Assembly (NCBI GenBank): GCA_003194425.1
Contig: PQXB01000001.1
Coordinates: 340,444 to 372,443, forward strand
Source of the DNA: Candidatus Methanophagaceae archaeon
GTDB lineage: Archaea > Halobacteriota > Syntropharchaeia > Alkanophagales > Methanospirareceae
Direction of reading: 5' to 3'
DNA length: 32,000 nucleotides
Shown here: piece after piece, positions 8,062 through 15,738 of the stretch
How positions within the stretch are numbered: position 1 is the stretch's first letter
Layout: the number at the start of each line of letters is the position of its first letter
Translations under genes and position numbers: made by a program
The notes under the pieces: generated by a model
What the model was told of the DNA's origin: nothing
The model's database searches: none
What the model saw: only the letters and a program-made list of their open reading frames with translations

Positions 8062-8100
8062 TTTACCTCTTCTATTTTACCTCTTCTATTTTACCTCTCC
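8061..8100. repeat. 14-nt unit TTTTACCTCTTCTA x2.9 spanning the tmk start codon, the 29-nt spacer and the cbiZ-fusion stop codon
   Basis: Read directly. The minus strand reads GGAGAGGTAAAA TAGAAGAGGTAAAA TAGAAGAGGTAAAA TG. Each unit carries GAGGT plus TAA. Confidence 0.95.
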
Positions 8101-9434
8101 TGCCTAAGAGGAGGAGAAGAGGAGAGCAGAGCAGTCATGCAACCTGCGATTAGTCCGCCGACAGCGTCGTCCATAAAAACGCCCAGCCTGCTCAGAATCC
8201 CCGGCTTCCTCGTGTCGTAGTAGAAAAAATTAAAGAGTGCTTTCTTGCCGCCGATGTATTCTGCAATGTCAATTCCGATGAGTTCGTCAGCGACAATGCA
8301 GGCTGCGTCCTCGGCTCCCTCTTCCCCCGCCCGCCCTTTTCTCACTTCTTCCTCCTCGGAATGCAGTGCCGCCGCCAAGAGCAACGCCACATTCACATCC
8401 GAGCACTCCCTTTTTATCGCCGCCTCCAACCGCGCTTTTAACTCTTCTTTCCCGACCTCTTCCTCGCCTTCCGCAGCCACATAAAGTTCCAACCCCGCTG
8501 CGACCATTTCCGCCAAAAAAATCCCACGCTCCTCCAGCCGCGTAAGAATTGGTCTCTCCACGCTCAACCGGTTGTGCAGAAAAAGTGCCTCCTTCACTCC
8601 TTCTCGAACGACCTCGTAGACCGCTTTCCCTAACCTCGTCGCCTTACCTGCAAATCTCTCCTCTTCTTCTTTCTCATCTTCTTCTTTCTCATCTTCTTCT
8701 TTCTCATCTTCTTCTTTCTCATCTTCTTCTTTCTCATCTTCTTCTTTCTCATCTTCTTCTTTCTCATCTTCTTCTTTCTCATCTTCTTCTTTCCCCTCCT
8801 CTTCTCCCTCCGCCCCCTCGCCAGAACAGGCAGTGCAAGCCACGACTACCGAATCGGTTGCGTCGCCAGTAAATAAATCGCTGTTTTCATCTCGGACATT
8901 GAGGTCTGCGAAAGCGGCTGTCTTCGCTTCGGTCGCCACGATTAGCAGGTTCGCCATCGCAGACTGCGACAAGTTCTTTCTGACCAGCAGAATTATGTTT
9001 ACGGTTGAACTCGGTTCGGTCGGCTTTGAGATGCCCGCTGTGATAATTGCAGTTACTGGCTCTCGCTCTGCCTCCACGATTTTTGCGTTCTTCATCGGAA
9101 CCGCTGTCATCACTCCAACAACCTCTCTCTGCTTTTCTCTCTGCTTTTCTCTCTGCTTTTCTCTCTGCTCTTCTCTCTGCTTTTCTCTCTGCTCTTCTCT
9201 CTGCTCTTCTCTCTGCTCTAAACCCCACTCCTCAGCCAAACCCAACACCTCAGCCCGCTCCTCGAAAAAGGAATCGAAGACCTCAAACGCGTCTCCGCTA
9301 AAATCTCTGCTCACGCTCAAGTTTATTATCGTCTTTGCTTTGACGAAACCCCCGTTGTAGACCGCGGAGCTCAGCACCTTGAAATCGCCGTGCACGGCAA
9401 TGAATTCTTCCGACCGCTCTATTTCTATTTTCAT
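8091..9434 (-). CDS. cbiZ: adenosylcobinamide amidohydrolase CbiZ fused to a PgpA/CobZ-like (alpha-ribazole phosphatase-type) C-terminal domain
   Basis: N-terminal CbiZ blocks are FKVLSSAVYNGGF, TAVPMKNA, TAGISKP, STVNIILLV, NLLIVATEAKTAAFADL and TGDATDSVVVAC. The C-terminal domain ends in GVFMDDAVGGLIAGCMTALL, which resembles the PgpA/CobZ family motif. The track start at 9446 is TTG. I prefer the ATG at 9434 (MKIEIERSEEF). The gene has two large in-frame arrays. Confidence 0.8.
   Translation of the reverse strand: MKIEIERSEEFIAVHGDFKVLSSAVYNGGFVKAKTIINLSVSRDFSGDAFEVFDSFFEERAEVLGLAEEWGLEQREEQREEQREKQREEQREKQREKQREKQREVVGVMTAVPMKNAKIVEAEREPVTAIITAGISKPTEPSSTVNIILLVRKNLSQSAMANLLIVATEAKTAAFADLNVRDENSDLFTGDATDSVVVACTACSGEGAEGEEEGKEEDEKEEDEKEEDEKEEDEKEEDEKEEDEKEEDEKEEDEKEEEERFAGKATRLGKAVYEVVREGVKEALFLHNRLSVERPILTRLEERGIFLAEMVAAGLELYVAAEGEEEVGKEELKARLEAAIKRECSDVNVALLLAAALHSEEEEVRKGRAGEEGAEDAACIVADELIGIDIAEYIGGKKALFNFFYYDTRKPGILSRLGVFMDDAVGGLIAGCMTALLSSSPPLRQER
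8663..8797. repeat. 15-nt unit CTTCTTCTTTCTCAT x8 perfect (8663-8782) plus one degenerate copy; encodes (KEEDE)8 on the minus strand
   Basis: Read directly: 120 bp without a mismatch, located in the linker between the CbiZ and CobZ-like domains. Confidence 0.97.
9127..9218. repeat. 12-nt unit CTCTGCT(T/C)TTCT x7.7; encodes QREK/QREE repeats on the minus strand
   Basis: Read directly. The copies differ only at one T/C position. Confidence 0.95.
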
Positions 9435-9490
9435 ACGACAACCCAAATAAAATAAAAAAACTTAAATAACTGCTTCACAAAGGGGGAATT

Positions 9491-10561
9491 ATGTATAAAA
9501 TGGAAAGGAGAGGTAGAGAAAAGAGAGGTGTAGCGAGTTTAGCAGTCGTAGTAGCCGTAGTGGCGGTTGCTGTCTCGGTCTCGGCGCTGTTTGCGGGCTG
9601 CGTAGAAGAGGCAGAAGAAACGACGACGCTCCGAATCGGCTACCAGCCAAGCACGCACCAAACTGCGGCGATGTTAGCAGCCGAGAAGGGCTGGTGGGGG
9701 GAGGACCTTGCGAGGTTTGGTGTGGGGAAGGTTGAGATGAAGGAGTTCCCGTCGGGCCCGCCGGAGATGCACGCAATGCTTGCGGGCGACCTTGACTTTG
9801 CTTATGTGGGGGTTGCACCGCCGATTGCTGCGATTTATGAGGGCTTGGACGCGAAGATTGTCGCGGGCGTGCAGACGCAGGGTTCTGCGATTGTAGTTCG
9901 CCCGGAGCTCGCTGCCGAGTACGAGGCGAAGGGACCGCAGGCTTTGAAGGGCAAGGCAATTGCGACTTTCCCTCCCGGCTCAATCCAACACACAATCCTC
10001 TCGAAATGGCTCTTAGAAAACGGTCTCGATCCGGAGGAGGATACAGATATAAAGGAAATGAAACCGGGCGACGCTGCCACCGCAATCGGAGTGGGGACAG
10101 TGGACGCGGTCTTCCTGCCCAGCCCGACGCCGACAATCATCGCTGCGGAGGGGAACGGCGTGGTCGTTGAGTGGTCGGGTTCGATGTGGCCGGACCACGC
10201 CTGCTGCTGTCTTGTCGCGAGCGGGGAAATGATTCGGGAGCACCCAGAGGTGGTTAAGCAAATAATAAGGACGCACATTCGTGCCACCGAGTACGAGATC
10301 GAGCACCCAGAAAAGGCGGCGGAGATTTACGCAAAACGACAGGGCGCGGACCCCACAACGATAAAGCAGTCCCTCGAGGCGACAGATATGCACTGGATTC
10401 ACGACCCGCATCTTGAGGTGAAGTCGGGACTCGAGTACGCGAGCGTGATTTACGACCTGAACAGGGAGAGGTACGAGGGGAAGGGAATTGAAGTGCTTGG
10501 AGAGGAGGAGATTTTTGACGCCAGTTTCTACGACGCGGTGACGGCGACAGAGGAGAAATGA
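9491..10561 (+). CDS. ABC transporter substrate-binding protein, NitT/TauT (NMT1/THI5-like) family, probable lipoprotein
   Basis: Signal peptide with a lipobox-like LFAGC. The blocks LRIGYQPSTHQTAAMLAAEKGWW and DFAYVGVAPPIAA are typical of NMT1/SsuA-like binding proteins. The stop overlaps the permease start (ATGA). Confidence 0.85.
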   Translation: MYKMERRGREKRGVASLAVVVAVVAVAVSVSALFAGCVEEAEETTTLRIGYQPSTHQTAAMLAAEKGWWGEDLARFGVGKVEMKEFPSGPPEMHAMLAGDLDFAYVGVAPPIAAIYEGLDAKIVAGVQTQGSAIVVRPELAAEYEAKGPQALKGKAIATFPPGSIQHTILSKWLLENGLDPEEDTDIKEMKPGDAATAIGVGTVDAVFLPSPTPTIIAAEGNGVVVEWSGSMWPDHACCCLVASGEMIREHPEVVKQIIRTHIRATEYEIEHPEKAAEIYAKRQGADPTTIKQSLEATDMHWIHDPHLEVKSGLEYASVIYDLNRERYEGKGIEVLGEEEIFDASFYDAVTATEEK

Positions 10562-11331
10562 GGCTACCGAGGGAAGAGAAGGGGCTGTGGTTAGTTCCGC
10601 TGGTCGCGGTCATTCTCCTCTGGGAGTTTTCTGCGGTCTTTGTGGTGAAAGACCCCCTGAAATTGCCTCGCTTCTCTGCAGTTGTTTTTTCCATTTACGC
10701 GCTCAGGGATGTTTTGATTGCGGACACTCTTGTCAGCCTCCTCCACTTCGGGATCGGCGTGGGGCTGGCGTTCGCAGTCGCACTACCGCTCGCGATTGGA
10801 ATGGGCTGGTCGCGGAGAGTTTTCAAAGCCGTAGACCCGATTGTTGAGTTGTTGCGACCGATTCCACCGCTCGCTTGGATTCCGCTTGCGATGATTTGGT
10901 TCCACCTGACGCACTACGCTGCGGGGTTCATCATTTTCATCGGCGCTTTTTTTCCAATCTTGATTGACAGCTACACGGGGTTTCGCGATGTGCCGAAGGT
11001 CTTGGTGGAGACTGGAAAGGTGCTGGGCTGCATCGGCGACCGAAAGCAGATAAGATTTGTCGCTCTTCCGTACGCGCTTCCCTCGGTTGCTACCGGCACT
11101 CGCGTCGGAATGGGCGTCGGCTGGATGTGCGTTGTGGCTGCGGAGATGTTCGCGGTCAGCGACTACGGACTTGGCTACAGGCTGTTCCAAAAATTTTATT
11201 TTTTGCACCAAATGGACTACGTGGTGGCGTACATGCTCGTTCTGGGGCTGGTGGCGTTGTGCTTGGACCGACTGTTCAGGCATTTTGTCGAGGAGCGGCT
11301 GTTTAGGTGGAAGAAGGGGATTGTGAAATGA
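10558..11331 (+). CDS. ABC transporter permease (NitT/TauT family)
   Basis: Six hydrophobic segments, plus the BPD-transport-type conserved loop (VLGCIGDRKQIRFVALPYALPSVATGTRVGMGVGW). Confidence 0.88.
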   Translation: MRLPREEKGLWLVPLVAVILLWEFSAVFVVKDPLKLPRFSAVVFSIYALRDVLIADTLVSLLHFGIGVGLAFAVALPLAIGMGWSRRVFKAVDPIVELLRPIPPLAWIPLAMIWFHLTHYAAGFIIFIGAFFPILIDSYTGFRDVPKVLVETGKVLGCIGDRKQIRFVALPYALPSVATGTRVGMGVGWMCVVAAEMFAVSDYGLGYRLFQKFYFLHQMDYVVAYMLVLGLVALCLDRLFRHFVEERLFRWKKGIVK

Positions 11332-11356
11332 AATAGAGATTGTAAAATGAAATAGA
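11319..11356. repeat. 19-nt unit GATTGT(G/A)AAATGAAATAGA x2 spanning the permease stop codon
   Basis: Read directly (11319-11337, 11338-11356; one mismatch). Confidence 0.9.
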
Positions 11357-11385
11357 AAAATAGAATAAAAAAATGATAGAAAAAA

Positions 11386-12198
11386 ATGAACCACAAACTT
11401 GAAATTCGCGGCGTGACGCAAGTGTTTAGTTCGGAGGAGGGGGAGGTGAAAGCGTTGGAGGGCGTTAATTTGGAGGTCAGACCAGCCGAATTTCTCTGCA
11501 TTATCGGACCGTCGGGCTGTGGCAAGACGACGCTGCTGCGAATGGTCGCGGGCTTGGAGCAGCCGAGCAGCGGCGAGATTATTTTGGACGGCAAGCCGGT
11601 GAGGGGTCCTTCGCCTGACAGGGGAATGGTCTTTCAGGAGTTCTCGCTCTTCCCCTGGCGGACTGTTTTGAGAAATGTAGAGTTTGGGCTGGAGATTAAA
11701 GGTAAGGTAGAGGGCAAGGTTAAGGGCAAGGGAGGAGGGGTGAGTGGGAAGAAGGAGCGGAGGGAGGTGGCGGAAAAATATATTGAACTCGTGGGGCTGC
11801 GGGGCTTTGAGCGGCACTACCCTTACGAACTCTCGGGCGGAATGAAGCAGCGGGTCGCGATTGCACGGGCTCTTGCGACCGAGCCTGCGATTCTGCTGAT
11901 GGACGAGCCGTTTGGTTCGGTGGACGCACAGACGAGGAACGTGCTGCAGGAGGAGTTGCTTGGGATTTGGCAGCGGACGAGGAAGACAATCCTTTTCGTT
12001 ACGCACAGCGTTGACGAGGCGGTTTATTTGGCGGATCGAGTTGCGGTTATGTCCGCGAGGCCTGGTTGTTTTGTCAAGTGCCTTGAGGTTGATTTGCCGC
12101 GACCGAGAAAGCGGACGAGCGTGGAGGCGAACGAGTTCAGGGAGAAGTTGCTGATGTGGCTCAGCTTGGAACGTTCGAAGGCTGCGTGCATTTTTTAA
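11386..12198 (+). CDS. ABC transporter ATP-binding protein (NitT/TauT family)
   Basis: Walker [10 protein letters not shown], signature LSGGMKQR, Walker [13 protein letters not shown]-loop VTHS. Contains the K/G-rich insert [20 protein letters not shown]. Confidence 0.9.
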   Translation: MNHKLEIRGVTQVFSSEEGEVKALEGVNLEVRPAEFLCIIGPSGCGKTTLLRMVAGLEQPSSGEIILDGKPVRGPSPDRGMVFQEFSLFPWRTVLRNVEFGLEIKGKVEGKVKGKGGGVSGKKERREVAEKYIELVGLRGFERHYPYELSGGMKQRVAIARALATEPAILLMDEPFGSVDAQTRNVLQEELLGIWQRTRKTILFVTHSVDEAVYLADRVAVMSARPGCFVKCLEVDLPRPRKRTSVEANEFREKLLMWLSLERSKAACIF

Positions 12199-12247
12199 CC
12201 TCTTAACCCAAAAGGAAAACCCAAAGGAATGCAGAAGGAGAAAGAAA

Positions 12248-12886
12248 ATGACTTTGGTTGTTGTTACCGGAATGCCCGGAGCGGGGTCTTCTACGGTGGT
12301 GAAAGAAGGACTGAAGCGGTGTGGCGAGCGGTGTGGCGAGGGCGAGCGTGAGCGCGCGGGCGGTTTCACGCCACTGAACTACGGGGACGTAATGTTTGAG
12401 GCGGCGAAGGAGGAAGGGCTGGTGGAGAGCAGGGACGAGATGAGGCGGTTGCCGGGCGAGAAGCAGCGGGAGATTCAATTGCTCGCCTGCCACAAAATCG
12501 CGGAACTGGAGAGGGGAGGGAAGAGAAAGGGAGGGGAAAAAAGCAAGAACCTCATAATTGACACGCACTGCACGGTAAAGACGCGGTTTGGCTACCTTCC
12601 GGGGCTGCCCGAACGCGTGCTGCGGGTGTTGAAGCCCGACCTGTTCGTGCTGGTGGAGGCGGAGCCTGCGGAGATTTCACGCCGACGGCAGACCGACAAG
12701 ACGAGGCAGCGGGATGTAGAGGCTGAAAAGAGCATCGAGGAGCACCAATTTATGAACCGTGCGGTCTCGATGGCGTACGCGTGCCTCACCAGTGCGTCGG
12801 TGAAAATAATTGAAAATCATCAGGGGGAGTTGGAGAGAGCGGCGGAGGAGTTCTCTGCGTTGCTGAAAGCGTTGTCTGAGTCGTGA
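12248..12886 (+). CDS. adkA: archaeal-type adenylate kinase
   Basis: P-loop VVVTGMPGAGSST. The blocks IIDTHCTVKTRFGYLPGLP, DLFVLVEAEP and EEHQFMNRAVSMAYACLTSASVKIIENHQG match archaeal AdkA as I recall it from Methanococcus. An in-frame 12-nt x2 duplication at 12316-12339 encodes RCGERCGE. Confidence 0.9.
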   Translation: MTLVVVTGMPGAGSSTVVKEGLKRCGERCGEGERERAGGFTPLNYGDVMFEAAKEEGLVESRDEMRRLPGEKQREIQLLACHKIAELERGGKRKGGEKSKNLIIDTHCTVKTRFGYLPGLPERVLRVLKPDLFVLVEAEPAEISRRRQTDKTRQRDVEAEKSIEEHQFMNRAVSMAYACLTSASVKIIENHQGELERAAEEFSALLKALSES

Positions 12887-12917
12887 CTCCGTTTCTTACG
12901 CAAAAATTACGAAAACT

Positions 12918-12989
12918 TTTTAAGGAGGTAAAAGAAAATAATTTTAAGGAGGTAAAGGAAAATAATTTTAAGGAGGTAAAAGAAAATAT
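12918..12989. repeat. 24-nt unit TTTTAAGGAGGTAAA(A/G)GAAAATAA x3, each with a perfect AAGGAGGT
   Basis: Read directly (12918-12941, 12942-12965, 12966-12989). A degenerate fourth copy (ATTAAGGAAGAC) runs up to the ATG at 13010. Confidence 0.95.
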
Positions 12990-13180
12990 ATTAAGGAAGA
13001 CAAGTTAAGATGAAAATTTCGAGGGGAAAAGGGAAAGAAGAAAGGTCTCGGTCTGCGACTACTTATTTTGTCAGCCCCTCGGGTAGCGACTCGAGTAGCG
13101 ACACAAACAGGACTTACAACTTCCGCAACGACCAAGCCGCCGATGTTGTCGCGATGGAAAGAGGCTTTGGAGGAATCAGC

Positions 13181-14374
13181 ATGAACATAGGTAGAAGCAT
13201 AACGATAACAGCAGTGCTGCTACTCGTCGTTGCAACCCTTCCGGTTGCGAGCGCGGACTGGCAGTACCAGAAACTGATAGAAATAGATCACAACAAGGTA
13301 GCTGCTGATCTGGCTGATTTCCCGGTTCTGATCAATTTAGCCTCTGATTCCGATTTAGCTGCCCACGCTCAAGATGACGGCGATGACATTGTTTTCACTA
13401 ATTCTGCGAACACCGTCAAGTTTGACCACGAGATAGAATATTTTAATGGCACAACAGGAGAATTGGTAGCATGGGTGCGGATTCCTTCCCTGTCCTCTAC
13501 AACCAATACCACTATTGTGATGCGGTACGGGAATTTAGGATGCGGAAGTCAGGAGAATGCAACCGGTGTCTGGGATGACAATTACAGACTGGTGCAGCAT
13601 CTGGAGGAGACGAGCGGGACGCATTACGATTCCACCCAATACGGAAACGACGGAACAAAGAGTGGCGAGGTAACGCAAGATGCCACGGGGATGATAGATG
13701 GAGCAGATACTTTTGGTGGCTCGGCAGATTATGTTAATTGCGGGCACGACACGAGTCTGGACATTACGGACGCGATTACGATCAGTGCGTGGGTGAAACC
13801 AGGTGAATCCGACAGTTACCAAACAATCGTTGAAAAAGCAAGTTATTATGACGACGCTTACGCACTCCTGGTCAAAAAAGACATTAAATATATAAAATTC
13901 TCGCTTATAGGAATAGACCAGCACTGGGGGTACGGACCTGTAGATTTATGGGACGGGGACTGGCATTACATCACTGGCACTTACGATAAAGACGGTGGCA
14001 GCAACAATTTGCGATTGTACGTGGATGGTAGTCGCGTAAACGATTCCACACATACAAACCCAATTGCGTCAGGCGCCGCTGACGATGTATTTGTTGGTGG
14101 GCACAATTACGATGGCAATGACTTCAATGGCACACTTGACGAGGTCAGGATTTCAGCATCTGCAAGGAGCGGGGATTGGATTTCCACCACCTACAGTAAC
14201 ACGCATTCCCCTTCTACATTTTATACCGTCGGGGATGAGCAGTCAGCAGGTCCTATGCCGCCAGTCCCTGACCTTCCAGCGATAATATTATTCGCAACCG
14301 GGCTCGCGCTGGTGGCAGTGTCTCTTGTGTTTGTGTGCAGAGGAAGCGAAAGAAGGTGGCGTGAAAAAAGATGA
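13181..14374 (+). CDS. secreted, membrane-anchored DUF2341 + LamG (concanavalin-like) domain surface protein
   Basis: The DUF2341-like N-terminal region is WQYQKLIEIDHNKVAADLADFPVLINL...DIVFT...FDHEIEYFN...LVAWVRIPSL. The LamG-like region includes FNGTLDEVRISASARSGDWISTTYSN. Signal peptide MNIGRSITITAVLLLVVATLPVASA, with GGAGG 8 nt upstream of ATG 13181. C-terminal TM anchor IILFATGLALVAVSLVFV followed by basic residues. The ORF track starts at 13010, adding 57 low-complexity residues, so the start is uncertain. Confidence 0.75.
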   Translation: MNIGRSITITAVLLLVVATLPVASADWQYQKLIEIDHNKVAADLADFPVLINLASDSDLAAHAQDDGDDIVFTNSANTVKFDHEIEYFNGTTGELVAWVRIPSLSSTTNTTIVMRYGNLGCGSQENATGVWDDNYRLVQHLEETSGTHYDSTQYGNDGTKSGEVTQDATGMIDGADTFGGSADYVNCGHDTSLDITDAITISAWVKPGESDSYQTIVEKASYYDDAYALLVKKDIKYIKFSLIGIDQHWGYGPVDLWDGDWHYITGTYDKDGGSNNLRLYVDGSRVNDSTHTNPIASGAADDVFVGGHNYDGNDFNGTLDEVRISASARSGDWISTTYSNTHSPSTFYTVGDEQSAGPMPPVPDLPAIILFATGLALVAVSLVFVCRGSERRWREKR

Positions 14375-14778
14375 AAGGAGATACAAGAATTAGCGTAAGA
14401 CTATGCAGAAGCATAAAGATAACAGCAGTGCTGCTACTCGTCGTTGCAGCCTTTTCGTCTCCGATAGCAAGCGCAGCTATTCCCTGCGGCTGTGGTGAGA
14501 TTTGCACGAACGAAACAGGCTGGTGGCACGCAGGCGGGGACTTTAACGCAGCCACGAACCCGCTCAGTGCAGCGGTGGGTACTGCGAACGCGGGCGACAC
14601 GATTTGCGTCAAAGACGGTACTTACCGCGAAAGCGTTCAGATTAGCAAAAACCACCTGACCCTCCGCTCTGAAAACGGGACTGCAAACTGCATCGTCAAT
14701 GCCTCAGGCGTACACGGATTTTGCGTTGCGCCCGAAAGAAATTTCTGTAAAATGCTTGACGAACAAAGTAGGAAGTGA
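14371..14778 (+). CDS. N-terminal fragment of a right-handed beta-helix (NosD/pectate-lyase-like) cell-surface protein; probably truncated, possible pseudogene
   Basis: Signal peptide plus CGCGEICTNETGWWHAGGDFNAATNPLSAAVGTANAGDTICVKDGTYRESVQISKNHLTLRSENG. This resembles the conserved N-terminal start of much longer archaeal beta-helix surface proteins as I recall them. Here the ORF stops about 110 residues after the signal peptide. ATGA overlap with the upstream gene. Confidence 0.5.
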   Translation: MKGDTRISVRLCRSIKITAVLLLVVAAFSSPIASAAIPCGCGEICTNETGWWHAGGDFNAATNPLSAAVGTANAGDTICVKDGTYRESVQISKNHLTLRSENGTANCIVNASGVHGFCVAPERNFCKMLDEQSRK

Positions 14779-14783
14779 AAGAG

Positions 14784-15695
14784 ATGAAAATAGAGAGACT
14801 AAAGAGGGAGAAGATATTTTTGTTTTTCATTTTTTTAGGGTTTTTTCTCGTCGCGTTCGTCTGCGTTACAGTTGGAAACCTGTTTTACGAGCAGGCAGCG
14901 GACTTTTCAGGGCTGCTTGCGGCTGCGAAGGATCCTGCGGTTTTAAGTGCGTTTTGGGTGAGCTTCTCGGCTGCGATTTGTGCCACGCTGGTTGCGTTCT
15001 TCTTTGGAGTTCCGCTGGCGTATTTCCTTGCGAGGAAGGATTTTAGGGGTAAGAGCGTTGTAGAAAGTGTCGTGGACGTTCCGCTGGTAATTCCGCACAT
15101 CGTCGCGGGGATTGCGTTGTACAGCGTTTTTATGCGCTCTGGCGTGCTGGGTGCGCCGCTTGAGCGAGTGGGAATTGCGTTTACGGACGCCTTTCCGGGA
15201 ATTGTGGTTGCGATGCTTTTCGTTAGTCTTCCGTTTTTGGTGGACGCGGCACGCGAGGGGTTCAAGGAGGTTGACCCGCGGTTAGAGAATGTTGCAAGGT
15301 CGTTGGGGGCGTCGCAGTGGCGAACGTTCTCAAAAATAACCTTCCCGCTCGCCTCTTCCTCGATTTTCAGCGGTGCGGTTCTCTGCTGGGCGCGGGGAAT
15401 AAGCGAGTTCGCTGCAGTGATGATTCTTGCCTCTTACCCGCGTTCTGCGTCAATTCTGATCGGCGACCGTTTCACCTCTTACGGCTTAAGCGGCAGCGGG
15501 CTGGTAGAAGCGGCAGGAGGAGCGGCAGGAGGAGCGGCAGGAGGAGCGGCGGCGGGTGCGCGTCCGATTTCGGTTCTGCTGATTTCAGTTTGTCTGGCGA
15601 TTTTTGTGCTACTGCGGGGGCTGCGGGGGCTGCGAGGGCTGCGGGGGCTGCGAGGGCTGCGGGGGCTGCGAGGGCGGGGAAGAAGGAGAGGGTAG
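14784..15695 (+). CDS. ABC transporter permease, ModB/WtpB/CysT (molybdate/tungstate/sulfate) type, with no adjacent binding protein or ATPase
   Basis: The blocks VVDVPLVIPHIVAGIAL, PGIVVAMLFVSLPFLV, DPRLENVARSLGASQWRTFSKITFPL and ARGISEFAAVMILASYP are typical of ModB/WtpB permeases. The track start at 14775 is GTG, with the ATG at 14784. The C-terminal region carries (AAGG)3 and (GLR)7 repeat expansions. Confidence 0.85.
   Translation: MKIERLKREKIFLFFIFLGFFLVAFVCVTVGNLFYEQAADFSGLLAAAKDPAVLSAFWVSFSAAICATLVAFFFGVPLAYFLARKDFRGKSVVESVVDVPLVIPHIVAGIALYSVFMRSGVLGAPLERVGIAFTDAFPGIVVAMLFVSLPFLVDAAREGFKEVDPRLENVARSLGASQWRTFSKITFPLASSSIFSGAVLCWARGISEFAAVMILASYPRSASILIGDRFTSYGLSGSGLVEAAGGAAGGAAGGAAAGARPISVLLISVCLAIFVLLRGLRGLRGLRGLRGLRGLRGRGRRRG
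15510..15545. repeat. 12-nt unit GCGGCAGGAGGA x3 in frame (AAGG repeats) in the last loop of the permease
   Basis: Read directly; perfect copies. Confidence 0.95.
15612..15674. repeat. 9-nt unit CTGCG(G/A)GGG x7 in frame (GLR repeats) forming the permease C-terminal tail
   Basis: Read directly. Confidence 0.95.
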
Positions 15696-15715
15696 CGGAG
15701 GGTAGCAGAGGGTAG
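15688..15715. repeat. 10-nt unit GAGGGTAGCN x2.8 spanning the permease stop codon TAG (15693-15695)
   Basis: Read directly: GAGGGTAGCG GAGGGTAGCA GAGGGTAG. Confidence 0.9.
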
Positions 15716-15738
15716 TTTTCCATTAAAAAACATTTAGT

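Noticed and set aside
8663-9218. Regular repeat arrays considered as possible CRISPR arrays (also 12918-12989, 15612-15674, 21422-21493)
   Set aside because: Units are 9-24 nt and directly abutting, with no unique spacers. Most are in frame inside conserved genes, and no cas genes are present. They are micro/minisatellites, not CRISPR.
9489-10136. 215-aa minus-strand ORF rich in P/S/R/Q
   Set aside because: Antisense to the ABC substrate-binding protein gene. No motifs. A shadow ORF.
10783-12369. 528-aa ORF on the minus strand, the longest 'extra' ORF in the track
   Set aside because: It is entirely antisense to the ABC permease, ABC ATPase and adkA genes, all of which have clear family motifs. 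Its product is P/R/S/H-rich low-complexity sequence with no motif. This is a typical shadow ORF in GC-rich coding DNA.
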